A DNA stretch of 27,387 bases from Candidatus Caldarchaeum sp. (GTDB lineage Archaea; Thermoproteota; Nitrososphaeria_A; Caldarchaeales; Caldarchaeaceae), in the NCBI GenBank assembly GCA_038844785.1, contig JAWBRA010000022.1:1-27387 (forward strand), written 5' to 3'. The notes beneath the pieces were generated by a model. It saw nothing but the letters and a program-made list of their open reading frames with translations, had not been told where the DNA came from and did no database searches. Positions within the stretch are counted from its first letter, which is position 1; every line of letters begins with the position of its first letter. The position numbers and the translations under genes are program-made. Shown piece after piece: positions 9,326 to 17,343 of this stretch.

Positions 9326-10032
9326 GGTACTGTCAACCAGGTATTACACCTCCTTCCCTTTGGGTGTTGAGTAGTGTGTTGTGTATTAGGGCTATGGCTG
9401 ATGCTATCTCTTCTATGCTCTTTACCTTCTTGGAGTTTATGTTGTTGTGGAATCTTCTGGTCCTGTCCTTGAGCTCCCTGAACCACCTCTCTATCCTGCT
9501 CCTCTCCCCAAACGTTTCATGGAAGTATTCTATGCCTAGACGCTTTAGAGCCCATGGGTACCATGGACCCCTATCAACCACTATTACTGGCTTACCTTCG
9601 CATGTGTTTAAAACCCTTTTAAGGAATGTTAACGCGTTTAGGATAGACCTACCCCTGGAGGCGTATACCGCTATTATCTCGCCTGCATCGACATCTATTG
9701 CAGACCATACGTAGACCCCCTCTCCCAGCCTCTTCTCAACCGTCTCATCGACGGCCACAAACCTCCTAGGCTTACGCATGGGGTTGAAGACCCTCCCCAG
9801 CCTATGAACCCACCCCCTAACACCCTCCCTAGAGGCATACCTCTCAGACACATCCCTAAGGCTAAGGCCAGCCAAGAATAAAAGAGAAGCGTAAGCCTTC
9901 CCACGAGGACTATAATTATGAAACCTGAAAAGCCTAGACAAGACGTCAACAAGATAGTCGAAGACATGCATGACCAGATGAGAACATCTCAAGCCATAGG
10001 CCTATCCGAAAAAGACTTAAGTTGACAGTGCC
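9326..10032 (-). mobile_element. Complete IS6-family insertion sequence (707 bp)
   Basis: Terminal IRs GGTACTGTCAAC (9326) and GTTGACAGTGCC (ending 10032) enclose a single transposase ORF whose stop codon lies inside the IR. Confidence 0.92.
9333..9992 (-). CDS. IS6-family DDE transposase
   Basis: GLSLRDVS...VRGWV HTH, and DDE triad in VAVDET, VVDRGPWY and RIERWFRELKDR. Start uncertain (TTG 9992 or a downstream ATG). Confidence 0.92.
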   Translation of the reverse strand: MRCSHLVMHVFDYLVDVLSRLFRFHNYSPRGKAYASLLFLAGLSLRDVSERYASREGVRGWVHRLGRVFNPMRKPRRFVAVDETVEKRLGEGVYVWSAIDVDAGEIIAVYASRGRSILNALTFLKRVLNTCEGKPVIVVDRGPWYPWALKRLGIEYFHETFGERSRIERWFRELKDRTRRFHNNINSKKVKSIEEIASAIALIHNTLLNTQREGGVIPG

Positions 10033-10035
10033 TAG

Positions 10036-10360
10036 GGTTCTGTTAACTTAAGCCATCTCCATCACCCCTTTTATGCTGTTCATCAGGTGTAGCGTCTCTG
10101 GCTGGTTGAATATGTGGAATAGGTTCAGCCATCTCCATACATGCCCTAGAATGCATGCTTTCTTCCTGCATAGGAAATGGTTCTATCCTTGAGCATCTGT
10201 ACAGCCCTCTCCATGGCTTGGAACAGCCAATCCCCAAACCTGTACCTACGATGCTCAAGACCAAGCCTAGCGCATGCCTCAGGATACCAAGGCGCTCCAT
10301 CTGTCCAGACTGGATGCTTACCGTAAGCCATGACAAGGCTCCGTAGGAATAGCTCAGAAA
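10036..10360 (-). mobile_element. Truncated IS6-family remnant of a different subtype, with one IR
   Basis: IR GGTTCTGTTAACTTAAG at 10036. Minus strand reads LFLRSLVMAYGKHPVWTDGAPWYPEAC...MERAVQMLKDRT, then frameshifts to CRKKACILGHVWRWLNLF...MEMA* (stop 10048-10050). The 5' half is absent. Confidence 0.85.
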
Positions 10361-10392
10361 ACCTATATTACTAACCTAGTGTTGGGCAGACC

Positions 10393-11598
10393 GTGTGGTG
10401 GCTCACCAAACAGAGAAAAGAGTTCATAGAGCTCGCGAGAAACACCGTCAAGTCTATAATGAAAAACTACAGCTCTAGATACTGGGTGGAAAAGGACGAA
10501 GAACGGAGATTCCCCATAGAATTTGTTCAGGAAGTCGAAAAACATGGGTTAATGGGTGTTAACATCCCAGAGGAATACGGCGGCTCCGGCTACGGTGTAA
10601 CAGAGGTTGACATAATCCTTGAGGAGATAGCGGCTTCAGCTGGGGGTGTTGTGGCTTCGAACACAGTTCACGCAGGTTTCTTCAACAACCACATGTTGGT
10701 GAAGTACGGGAAAGAAGATGTTAAACATAAGTATTTGCCCGAGCTGGCGAAAGGTAGGCTGAGGTTCCAGGTCTTCGCAGTAACGGAGCCTCAAACAGGG
10801 TTTAATACACTCCGTATGAAGACAATTGCTAGACGTGAGGGAGATTACTACGTCATCAACGGCCAGAAAGCCTTCATCTCCAGGGTCCGGTATTCAGATT
10901 TGGGAATCATCGCCGCCCGAGTTATACCCTACGAGGAGGCAAAAAAGAAAACAGAGGGAATAGCTCTATTCCTAGTAGATCTCAGGAACTCTCTAGGGAA
11001 AGAGATCAAGGTAGAGGAAATACCAAACAACGTAAGACGACCCATTGACACCAATATGATGTATATCAATGAGCTGTCCGTGCCAGCGCATCATTTACTG
11101 GGCGATGAGGTAAAAGGCTTCTACTACCTGCTTGAAGAAGCTAACGTTGAACGTACACTCATTGCCGGACAATGCGTCTCCATGGGCAGGTATGCTGTTA
11201 AAAGAGCTGTGGAATACGCTAAGGAAAGGATTGTGTTCCCGCCTGACCCGATAGCAAAGTATCAGGGAATCCAGTTTCCTTTAGCCGATGCATGGATAAG
11301 GTTGGAGGCTGCAGACGCCTTGAAGTGGAGGGCCTTAGAGCTTATTGACAACGGCGGGGATTTAAAAGAAATAGGCTACTATTCTAACATCGCCAAACAC
11401 ATTTCAGCTGAGGCATGCGCGTTCGCGTGTAGGACAGCCGTTCTAACATTAGGAGGGTATGGCTATTCGATCGACATGGATCTTGAAAGGTTGTGGCGTG
11501 CAAGCGAGTTCATGATTTTTGCTCAGATATCTCCGCAAATGGTGTTAAATTTTGTAGCCACAAATGTGTTGGGGATGCCAAGGTCTTACGGACATTAG
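10393..11598 (+). CDS. Acyl-CoA dehydrogenase (resembles the subfamily associated with methylsuccinate/itaconate clusters)
   Basis: IPEEYGGSG, YLPELAKGRLRFQVFAVTEP, INGQKAFISR, NVERTLIA (LCAD/IVD-type catalytic Glu position), QGIQFPLA, GGYGY and C-terminal AQISPQMVLNFVA..VLGMPRSY with no MCAD-type Glu. Confidence 0.92.
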   Translation: MWWLTKQRKEFIELARNTVKSIMKNYSSRYWVEKDEERRFPIEFVQEVEKHGLMGVNIPEEYGGSGYGVTEVDIILEEIAASAGGVVASNTVHAGFFNNHMLVKYGKEDVKHKYLPELAKGRLRFQVFAVTEPQTGFNTLRMKTIARREGDYYVINGQKAFISRVRYSDLGIIAARVIPYEEAKKKTEGIALFLVDLRNSLGKEIKVEEIPNNVRRPIDTNMMYINELSVPAHHLLGDEVKGFYYLLEEANVERTLIAGQCVSMGRYAVKRAVEYAKERIVFPPDPIAKYQGIQFPLADAWIRLEAADALKWRALELIDNGGDLKEIGYYSNIAKHISAEACAFACRTAVLTLGGYGYSIDMDLERLWRASEFMIFAQISPQMVLNFVATNVLGMPRSYGH

Positions 11599-11608
11599 GT
11601 GTTGAAAA

Positions 11609-12133
11609 ATGACAGAACCGGAAGAGCAAGCACCGCCATGGAATGGCGAGGGCCCTTACTTCGAAGACTTCAAAACCGGTATGAAGATTAGATCATGGCC
11701 AGGTCGGACCTTCACAGAATACGACAACTACAGCTGGCTTTCCTATACCGGCGACTGTACACCGCTGTACATAGACAAAGAATACGCGAAAGTTGCGGAA
11801 TATGGTAGAATAATCATACACCCATTGATTGTCTTAAACGCGTTGCTAGCTATGAGCGTTAAAGACAGCAGCATGAACACACTGGCTTTCCTGCAAGCCG
11901 ATTACATGAAAATCTACAGACCAGTATATCCTGGTGACACGCTGTATGTTGAGACAGAAGTCATCGACGTCCGCGAATCGAGGTCGCGTCCTAATGCAGG
12001 CATAGTTACTTGGATACATCGCGGCTACAATCAGAATAACGAGTTAGTCGGCGAGATAAAAAGGACGAATCTCGTCTACAAAAGGTCTAGCTCTCCTTGG
12101 CGTGAATATTTAAAAAAGGTGCGTGGGACATAA
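11609..12133 (+). CDS. MaoC-family (hot-dog) enoyl-CoA hydratase, RipB/Mch-like, subunit 1
   Basis: YFEDF..G, PGRTFTEYDN, GDCTPLYID, RPVYPGDTLY and RESRSRPNAGIVT. RBS-like AGGTG upstream. Confidence 0.88.
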   Translation: MTEPEEQAPPWNGEGPYFEDFKTGMKIRSWPGRTFTEYDNYSWLSYTGDCTPLYIDKEYAKVAEYGRIIIHPLIVLNALLAMSVKDSSMNTLAFLQADYMKIYRPVYPGDTLYVETEVIDVRESRSRPNAGIVTWIHRGYNQNNELVGEIKRTNLVYKRSSSPWREYLKKVRGT

Positions 12134-12135
12134 CC

Positions 12136-12639
12136 ATGAAGGTGTTTTCAGGCTATCCCGGGTTGTTTTTCGAAGATGTTAAGCCAGGGCAAACCATTGT
12201 GCATCGGCTAGGAAGAACGGTCACCTTTCAGGATAACCTGTTCTTCTCACACACTCTGCTTAACACAGCATGCCTGCATTTCGACGGAGAATACATGCAG
12301 TTTACAGAGTTTAAACAACCGCTTTTAGTGATGACGATGGTTCTTGGAATAACTTACGGTATAACTTCTGAAGACTTTAAGAATGTTGCAAAGGAGAAAG
12401 AGATTAGAAATCTTAAAATGCTCGCCCCCGTCTTCGACAAAGATACATTACACGTTGTCACAGAGATCTTAGAAACCAGAGAAGAGCCAGACAGGAATGA
12501 TGTTGGTTTAGTCGTAGCCCGTCACAAAACTTACAAGAACAACTTTACTATTCAGGTCATGGAGGTTGACAGAGAGTTTCTTCTCTACAGACGAGATCAT
12601 TCACCGCGCTGGCGTATCCCACTCCAAGAACTACGTTAA
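12136..12639 (+). CDS. MaoC-family (hot-dog) enoyl-CoA hydratase, RipB/Mch-like, subunit 2
   Basis: FFEDVKPGQTIVHRLGRTVT..DN, NTACLHFD and APVFDKDTL. Starts 2 bp after subunit 1. Confidence 0.88.
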   Translation: MKVFSGYPGLFFEDVKPGQTIVHRLGRTVTFQDNLFFSHTLLNTACLHFDGEYMQFTEFKQPLLVMTMVLGITYGITSEDFKNVAKEKEIRNLKMLAPVFDKDTLHVVTEILETREEPDRNDVGLVVARHKTYKNNFTIQVMEVDREFLLYRRDHSPRWRIPLQELR

Positions 12640-12860
12640 CCGTAATTAAACAGCGGCATTTTCAGCAACATACTTAATTGCACAAACAGGCTGGTCCGTG
12701 ATGAATTGAAGATGTTACACGATAAGAGCGATGACAACCGTCATAGAACCACCGGAAGAATGTGAGAAACTACCACCGTAGCCTTGCTACACGTTTTTCA
12801 GCAAGCAACTTTTCACTTCTTACCGGGGCTATGGCTATTAAACCTGAATAAGATAACAAC

Positions 12861-12870
12861 TCTTATATTA
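12861..12870 (+). promoter_or_regulatory. Putative TATA box of the mutase operon
   Basis: TCTTATATTA about 25 nt upstream of GTG 12892, consistent with a leaderless archaeal transcript. Confidence 0.45.
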
Positions 12871-12891
12871 CTGAGGCTTACTGATAAAATT

Positions 12892-14550
12892 GTGAGCTTC
12901 GGAAAATGGTACACGGAGACCCTACAGCCTTACAGAGAAAAACATGGATTGAGGAAGAAACAGTTTTACACTAGAACCTCAAAAATACCGATAAAAGATA
13001 TCTACACACCCAGCGATCTAGGTGAAGGATGGAGTTATGAGGAGAAGCTAGGATATCCCGGTGCGTATCCGTTTACAAGAGGGGTGTACCCTACAGGCTA
13101 CAGGGGGAGGATATGGACGATAAGACAATACGCCGGATACGGCGACCCTGAGGAGACGAACGATATTTTCAAGAAGTTGTTGTCATGGGGTCAAACAGGT
13201 TTAAGTGTTGCCTTTGACTTACCAACCCAGCTAGGATACGACCCCGACAATCCGCTCGCATATGGCGAAGTGGGGAGAGTAGGTGTCTCGGTCCCAACGC
13301 TTAAGGAAATGGAGTTAATTTTTCAAGACATCCCGCTTGAAAAAGTTTCAGTCTCCTTTACAATAAATGCCACAGCACCCATAATGCTGGCTATGTTCAT
13401 AGCTGCAGCCGAGAAATCAGGTGTTCCGATGAGGTCTTTAGCGGGAACAGTGCAGAACGACAACCTGAAAGAACTTAGTGCGAGAAATGCTTTCATCTTC
13501 CCTCCAAAGCCATCCCTTAAGCTAAGCGTTGACGTAATAGAGTTCTGCGTAAAAAATATGCCGAGGTTCGTTCCGATAAACGTCTGCGAAGCCCATTACC
13601 GGGAGGCCGGCGCCAGCGCCACGACCGCAGCCGGCCTCGCTTTTTCCAACGCTATAGCTTATGTCGGATCCGCCCTTAAGAGGGGTCTAGACGTAGACAG
13701 CGTAGCTCCGAGAATAGCGTTTTACACATACTCACACATAGACTTCTTCGAGGAAGTTGCCAAGCTAAGAGCGATGAGGAGGATTTGGGCTAGGCTTTTA
13801 AGAGAACGGTTCGGGGCTAAAGACCCAGCCTCCATGGCTCTTAAGATAGGAACCGCTGTTGGTGGCAGCGTTTACACAGTTGAGGAGCCGCTGATAAATA
13901 TCGTGAGGGGAACGATCGGTGCTTTGGCTGCTGTGCTTGGAGGGGTGCAGTCGATGAATATTGCATGCTTCGACGAGGCGTACGCAATTCCAACACCACA
14001 GTCGCTGAAACTCTCCGTTCGGACCCAACAAATAATAGCCTACGAGAGCGGTGTGGCTGATGTTGTGGATCCGTTGGGCGGCTCTTACTATGTTGAGTGG
14101 CTGACTGATGAAATAGAGAAAAAGATTACAGAAGTGATTAGCAAAATAGAGGACGTGGGGGGTGCGGTGGAAGCTATTGAGAAAGGCCTTTACCATCAGA
14201 TAATTTCAGCAGAAGCCTACAATTTTCAGAAAGAAGTGGAAAATGGGGACATACCAGTAGTGGCCCACAACATCTTTAAAGAAACAGCTAGTGATGAACA
14301 GGAAATCGAATACTATAGGTTCAGGAAAGAAGTCTACGATAAGGCTCTTGAACGTTTGGAGAAAACTAAGCTGAACAGAGACTCGGCGAGGGTGAAAACA
14401 ACGTTAAAGGCTTTAAGAGATGCGGCTGAATCTGGTGAAAACGTTATGCCAGCCATAATAGACGCTGTGAAAGCTTATGCAACAGTAGGCGAGATCTGTG
14501 AGGTGTTGCGAGATGTATATGGCGAATACAAAGAGCCTTCACCGATATAG
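12892..14550 (+). CDS. Adenosylcobalamin-dependent acyl-CoA mutase, large substrate-binding subunit (methylmalonyl-CoA mutase family, divergent pocket)
   Basis: PGAYPFTRGVY, WTIRQYAG, GLSVAFDLPTQLGYD, GEVGRVGV, TINATA, GTVQND, FFEEVAKLRAMRR, DEAYAIPT and DPLGGSYYVEWLT. GTG 12892 chosen as start. Confidence 0.95.
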   Translation: MSFGKWYTETLQPYREKHGLRKKQFYTRTSKIPIKDIYTPSDLGEGWSYEEKLGYPGAYPFTRGVYPTGYRGRIWTIRQYAGYGDPEETNDIFKKLLSWGQTGLSVAFDLPTQLGYDPDNPLAYGEVGRVGVSVPTLKEMELIFQDIPLEKVSVSFTINATAPIMLAMFIAAAEKSGVPMRSLAGTVQNDNLKELSARNAFIFPPKPSLKLSVDVIEFCVKNMPRFVPINVCEAHYREAGASATTAAGLAFSNAIAYVGSALKRGLDVDSVAPRIAFYTYSHIDFFEEVAKLRAMRRIWARLLRERFGAKDPASMALKIGTAVGGSVYTVEEPLINIVRGTIGALAAVLGGVQSMNIACFDEAYAIPTPQSLKLSVRTQQIIAYESGVADVVDPLGGSYYVEWLTDEIEKKITEVISKIEDVGGAVEAIEKGLYHQIISAEAYNFQKEVENGDIPVVAHNIFKETASDEQEIEYYRFRKEVYDKALERLEKTKLNRDSARVKTTLKALRDAAESGENVMPAIIDAVKAYATVGEICEVLRDVYGEYKEPSPI

Positions 14551-14974
14551 GAGGAAACCAAGAATATTGCTTGCTAAAGGCGGTCTTGACGGACATGACA
14601 GAGGCCTCAGGGTTCTCGCCTTGGCTTTGAGGGATTCAGGGTTTGAAGTGGTTTACCTTGGAATGAGGGTTACCGCAGAGACCGTACTTAACGCCGCCAT
14701 AGAAGAGGATGTGGACGTTATCGGGTTGAGTTTCCTTTCAGGAAGCCATCTGCCCTACTTGGAGAAGCTGATGCGGCTGATAAAGAACGAGCGTATAGAG
14801 AGACAGTTCAAAATAGTGGTGGGCGGAGTCATTCCACGGAAGGACATAGATGAACTATATGCTATGGGTGTTGACAAAGTTTTTCCTGTGGGGTCAAAGT
14901 TGGGCGACATAATTTCATACTTGGAATCGCTGGGAGTGGAAGATGATGAGAAAAAACAAAGTAACAACCTTTGA
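14513..14974 (+). CDS. Acyl-CoA mutase small, cobalamin-binding subunit
   Basis: DxHxxG motif GLDGHDRG, GLSFLSGSH and VVGGVIP. Overlaps the end of the large subunit. Start is ATG 14513 (after GAGGTG) or 14519. Confidence 0.95.
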   Translation: MYMANTKSLHRYRRKPRILLAKGGLDGHDRGLRVLALALRDSGFEVVYLGMRVTAETVLNAAIEEDVDVIGLSFLSGSHLPYLEKLMRLIKNERIERQFKIVVGGVIPRKDIDELYAMGVDKVFPVGSKLGDIISYLESLGVEDDEKKQSNNL

Positions 14975-15854
14975 AGACGCTCTGCAACACGTCAAAGATG
15001 GATGCCGGGTTGCGATAGGAGGTTTTCAGCTTGCTTCAAGACCTATGACGTTGCTGAGGATGGTGATGAAAAACCATATCAGCGGGCTTACGGTGGTTTC
15101 TCCACCAAGCGGGCTCGACGTTGATATGCTCATAGCAGCCGGAGTTGTTAAGAGGATAATCACATCCTATGTGGGCGGTGAGACGATAGCAGGCATAGGG
15201 CCTGTCTTCAGAAGAGCTGTCGAGAACAACGAGATTGATGTCCGCGAATACGATACAGGCATGTTAATAGCCGCCTTGAGAGCTGAAAGCGAGGGGCTGC
15301 CTTTCGCGCCATGGCGTGGAGGATTAGGTACCTCGATACAGCAAGTAAACCCCGATCTAAAAACTTTCACAGATCCCATAACTGGTTCAAGGCTGCTCGC
15401 GGTCCCGGCGTTATCGGCTGACGTAGCTTTGATACATGCATCCTTGGCAGATGAATATGGAAACATACAACACTTGAGCCACCCGTTGCTGGACAGGCTA
15501 ATAGCCTCTGCAAGCAAGAAAGTGATCGTGGAAGTTGAGAAGATAGTGAGTAACGAATACATCAGGGCCCATTACTGGAGAACTTCAATACCTAACTACA
15601 TGGTTGAAGCGGTTGTCGTAACACCGTATGGAGCACACCCGACATCCAGCCCTGGGTTCTACACAACCGATATCGAACATCTTGCTCACGAGTATGTACC
15701 AGCCGCGAACGCGTGGTTGAAGGGAGACCAAGAACCGTTGAAAAGATATCTCAGCAAATATGTTTACGGCCCGAAAGATCATTGGGAGTATCTGCAGCTC
15801 ATAGGTTTTGAAAAACTGTTTTCTTTAGACAGTATCTATCATGATTCAGTTTAA
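14943..15854 (+). CDS. Class I CoA-transferase-fold protein, subunit A (GctA/CatI/IpdA-like)
   Basis: VKDG..VAIGGF...RPM, DVDMLIAAG, GLPFAPWRGGLGT, DVALIHA..ADEYGN, VIVEVEKIV and PYGAHPTS. Confidence 0.9.
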   Translation: MMRKNKVTTFEDALQHVKDGCRVAIGGFQLASRPMTLLRMVMKNHISGLTVVSPPSGLDVDMLIAAGVVKRIITSYVGGETIAGIGPVFRRAVENNEIDVREYDTGMLIAALRAESEGLPFAPWRGGLGTSIQQVNPDLKTFTDPITGSRLLAVPALSADVALIHASLADEYGNIQHLSHPLLDRLIASASKKVIVEVEKIVSNEYIRAHYWRTSIPNYMVEAVVVTPYGAHPTSSPGFYTTDIEHLAHEYVPAANAWLKGDQEPLKRYLSKYVYGPKDHWEYLQLIGFEKLFSLDSIYHDSV

Positions 15855-16623
15855 ACCATCTTGGAGGGAGATCCTAGCGACGTTCATATCACGCCAAATC
15901 CATGACAACACTGTCGTAGCCGTCGGTACAGGGTTGCCCGTCCCTAGGGCAGGCGTCCTGCTCGCCCACTTTACACATGCTCCAAACATGACGGTTGTTC
16001 TAGGTCCGTATGCGTGCAACCTTCTACCGTTCAAACAAGTGTTCTCTTTCGAGTTTTTCGCAGACTGGAGATACTCCAGATACGCGGAGGCCACAGTGGG
16101 CTTAGACGAGATAATGGGAAAAACAAACTTCTTTGACGTATTTTTTGTTAGCGGTCTACAGGTCGACAAGTTTGGGAACGTTAACCTGTTTGGAATTAGA
16201 GATGGCAATGTTTACAGGCTTAAGGGTCCAGGCCCTATAGGCGTGGCTTCGTTGACTACAAACTCTCGCAGGTTCATCATCTACCTTGAGAGACATGATG
16301 CAAGAACCTTGGTCGATAGATGCGACCTCGTGAGCGCCATGGGATGGTGTAGGGACAACATATACCGTGGTGAGCTTGGTCTCCGTGGAGGGCCCGAGTA
16401 CATCGTGACACCTCTAGCCGTATTTTCATTCGACACGCCGACACGCCAAGCTAGACTAAAGTATTTGATGCCCGGGGTCACGGTCGACCAGGCTGTAGCT
16501 CAAACAGGATTCACATTTGACTATTCGGATGTGAAAGAGCTTCAACCACCGTCTGACGAAGAACTAAGAGTTTTGAGGGAGAAGGTCGACCCCGAGGGAA
16601 AGCTTAGACTGGGAGGAATCTAG
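15841..16623 (+). CDS. Class I CoA-transferase-fold protein, subunit B (GctB/CatJ/IpdB-like)
   Basis: VGTGLP, THAPN, SGLQVDKFGNVN, IVTPLAVFSF, PGVTVDQAVAQTGF and PPSDEELRVLREKVDP. Confidence 0.9.
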   Translation: MIQFKPSWREILATFISRQIHDNTVVAVGTGLPVPRAGVLLAHFTHAPNMTVVLGPYACNLLPFKQVFSFEFFADWRYSRYAEATVGLDEIMGKTNFFDVFFVSGLQVDKFGNVNLFGIRDGNVYRLKGPGPIGVASLTTNSRRFIIYLERHDARTLVDRCDLVSAMGWCRDNIYRGELGLRGGPEYIVTPLAVFSFDTPTRQARLKYLMPGVTVDQAVAQTGFTFDYSDVKELQPPSDEELRVLREKVDPEGKLRLGGI

Positions 16624-17342
16624 CCCGATGTCTGGGCCAACCAGCTCTTAACTAAGTCGGGAACCTTAGTGTTGAGCTCCATCTTACTGCCTGATAATGT
16701 TACTCGCCCCATCTCCAGCACATAGATATGGTCAGCAAGCTGCACCGCGGCCCTAATGTTCTGGTCCACCAGCAGGATTGTTAACCCCTTCTCTTTAAGC
16801 CTCAAAATCTCCGAATAAATCTCCTTCGCCACTTTCGGCGCGAGGCCTGCTGTCGGCTCGTCTAAAAATAACATTTTCGGCTCGACCATTAAAAGCCTGC
16901 CGAGCTCTAGCATTCGTTGCTCTCCCCCGCTCAAGCTTCCAGCCTTTTGACCCCTCTTTTTCCTTAAGAAAGGATAATGGTCGTACACTGACTCCAGCGC
17001 GTTGGCAACCCTTTTTTTGTCCCTTTTGAACAACCATGCTCCAAGCTTCAAATTCTCCTCGACAGTCATCTCAGGGAAAATCTCCCTCTCCTGAGTCAAG
17101 TACGCTATCCCCATCCGAAGGAGCTTGTAAGGTTTTTCGCCAGTTATTATCCTATTATCGTAGATTACATTTCCACTAGAAGGCTTAATAAAACCATATA
17201 TAGTCTTCAACAACGTAGATTTGCCGGCTCCGTTAGGGCCTATCACGACGGTTATCTCCCTATCTTTGACCTCCATGTTTACATCATCCAGAACTATCAC
17301 ACCCTTAATGTAGCTCGCGCTAAGCTTGCTTACCACCAACAT
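16620..17342 (-). CDS. livF: Liv-type ABC transporter ATP-binding protein (LivF-like)
   Basis: GPNGAGKST, MTVEENL, LSGGEQRML and LDEPTAGLAP. ATG at 17342. Confidence 0.92.
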   Translation of the reverse strand: MLVVSKLSASYIKGVIVLDDVNMEVKDREITVVIGPNGAGKSTLLKTIYGFIKPSSGNVIYDNRIITGEKPYKLLRMGIAYLTQEREIFPEMTVEENLKLGAWLFKRDKKRVANALESVYDHYPFLRKKRGQKAGSLSGGEQRMLELGRLLMVEPKMLFLDEPTAGLAPKVAKEIYSEILRLKEKGLTILLVDQNIRAAVQLADHIYVLEMGRVTLSGSKMELNTKVPDLVKSWLAQTSG

Positions 17343-17343
17343 A

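Noticed and set aside
12640-12891. Cobalamin riboswitch or small gene upstream of the B12 mutase
   Set aside because: No recognisable B12-box or stable stems and no credible ORF. A TATA-like box right before GTG 12892 suggests a leaderless transcript. The 12784 extension of the ORF is probably not translated.
934-16623. Calling the cluster a canonical ethylmalonyl-CoA pathway, or a propionate/3-hydroxypropionate-cycle MCM locus
   Set aside because: No crotonyl-CoA carboxylase/reductase, epimerase, biotin carboxylase or MeaB in the window, and the mutase pocket matches neither Ecm nor Mcm.
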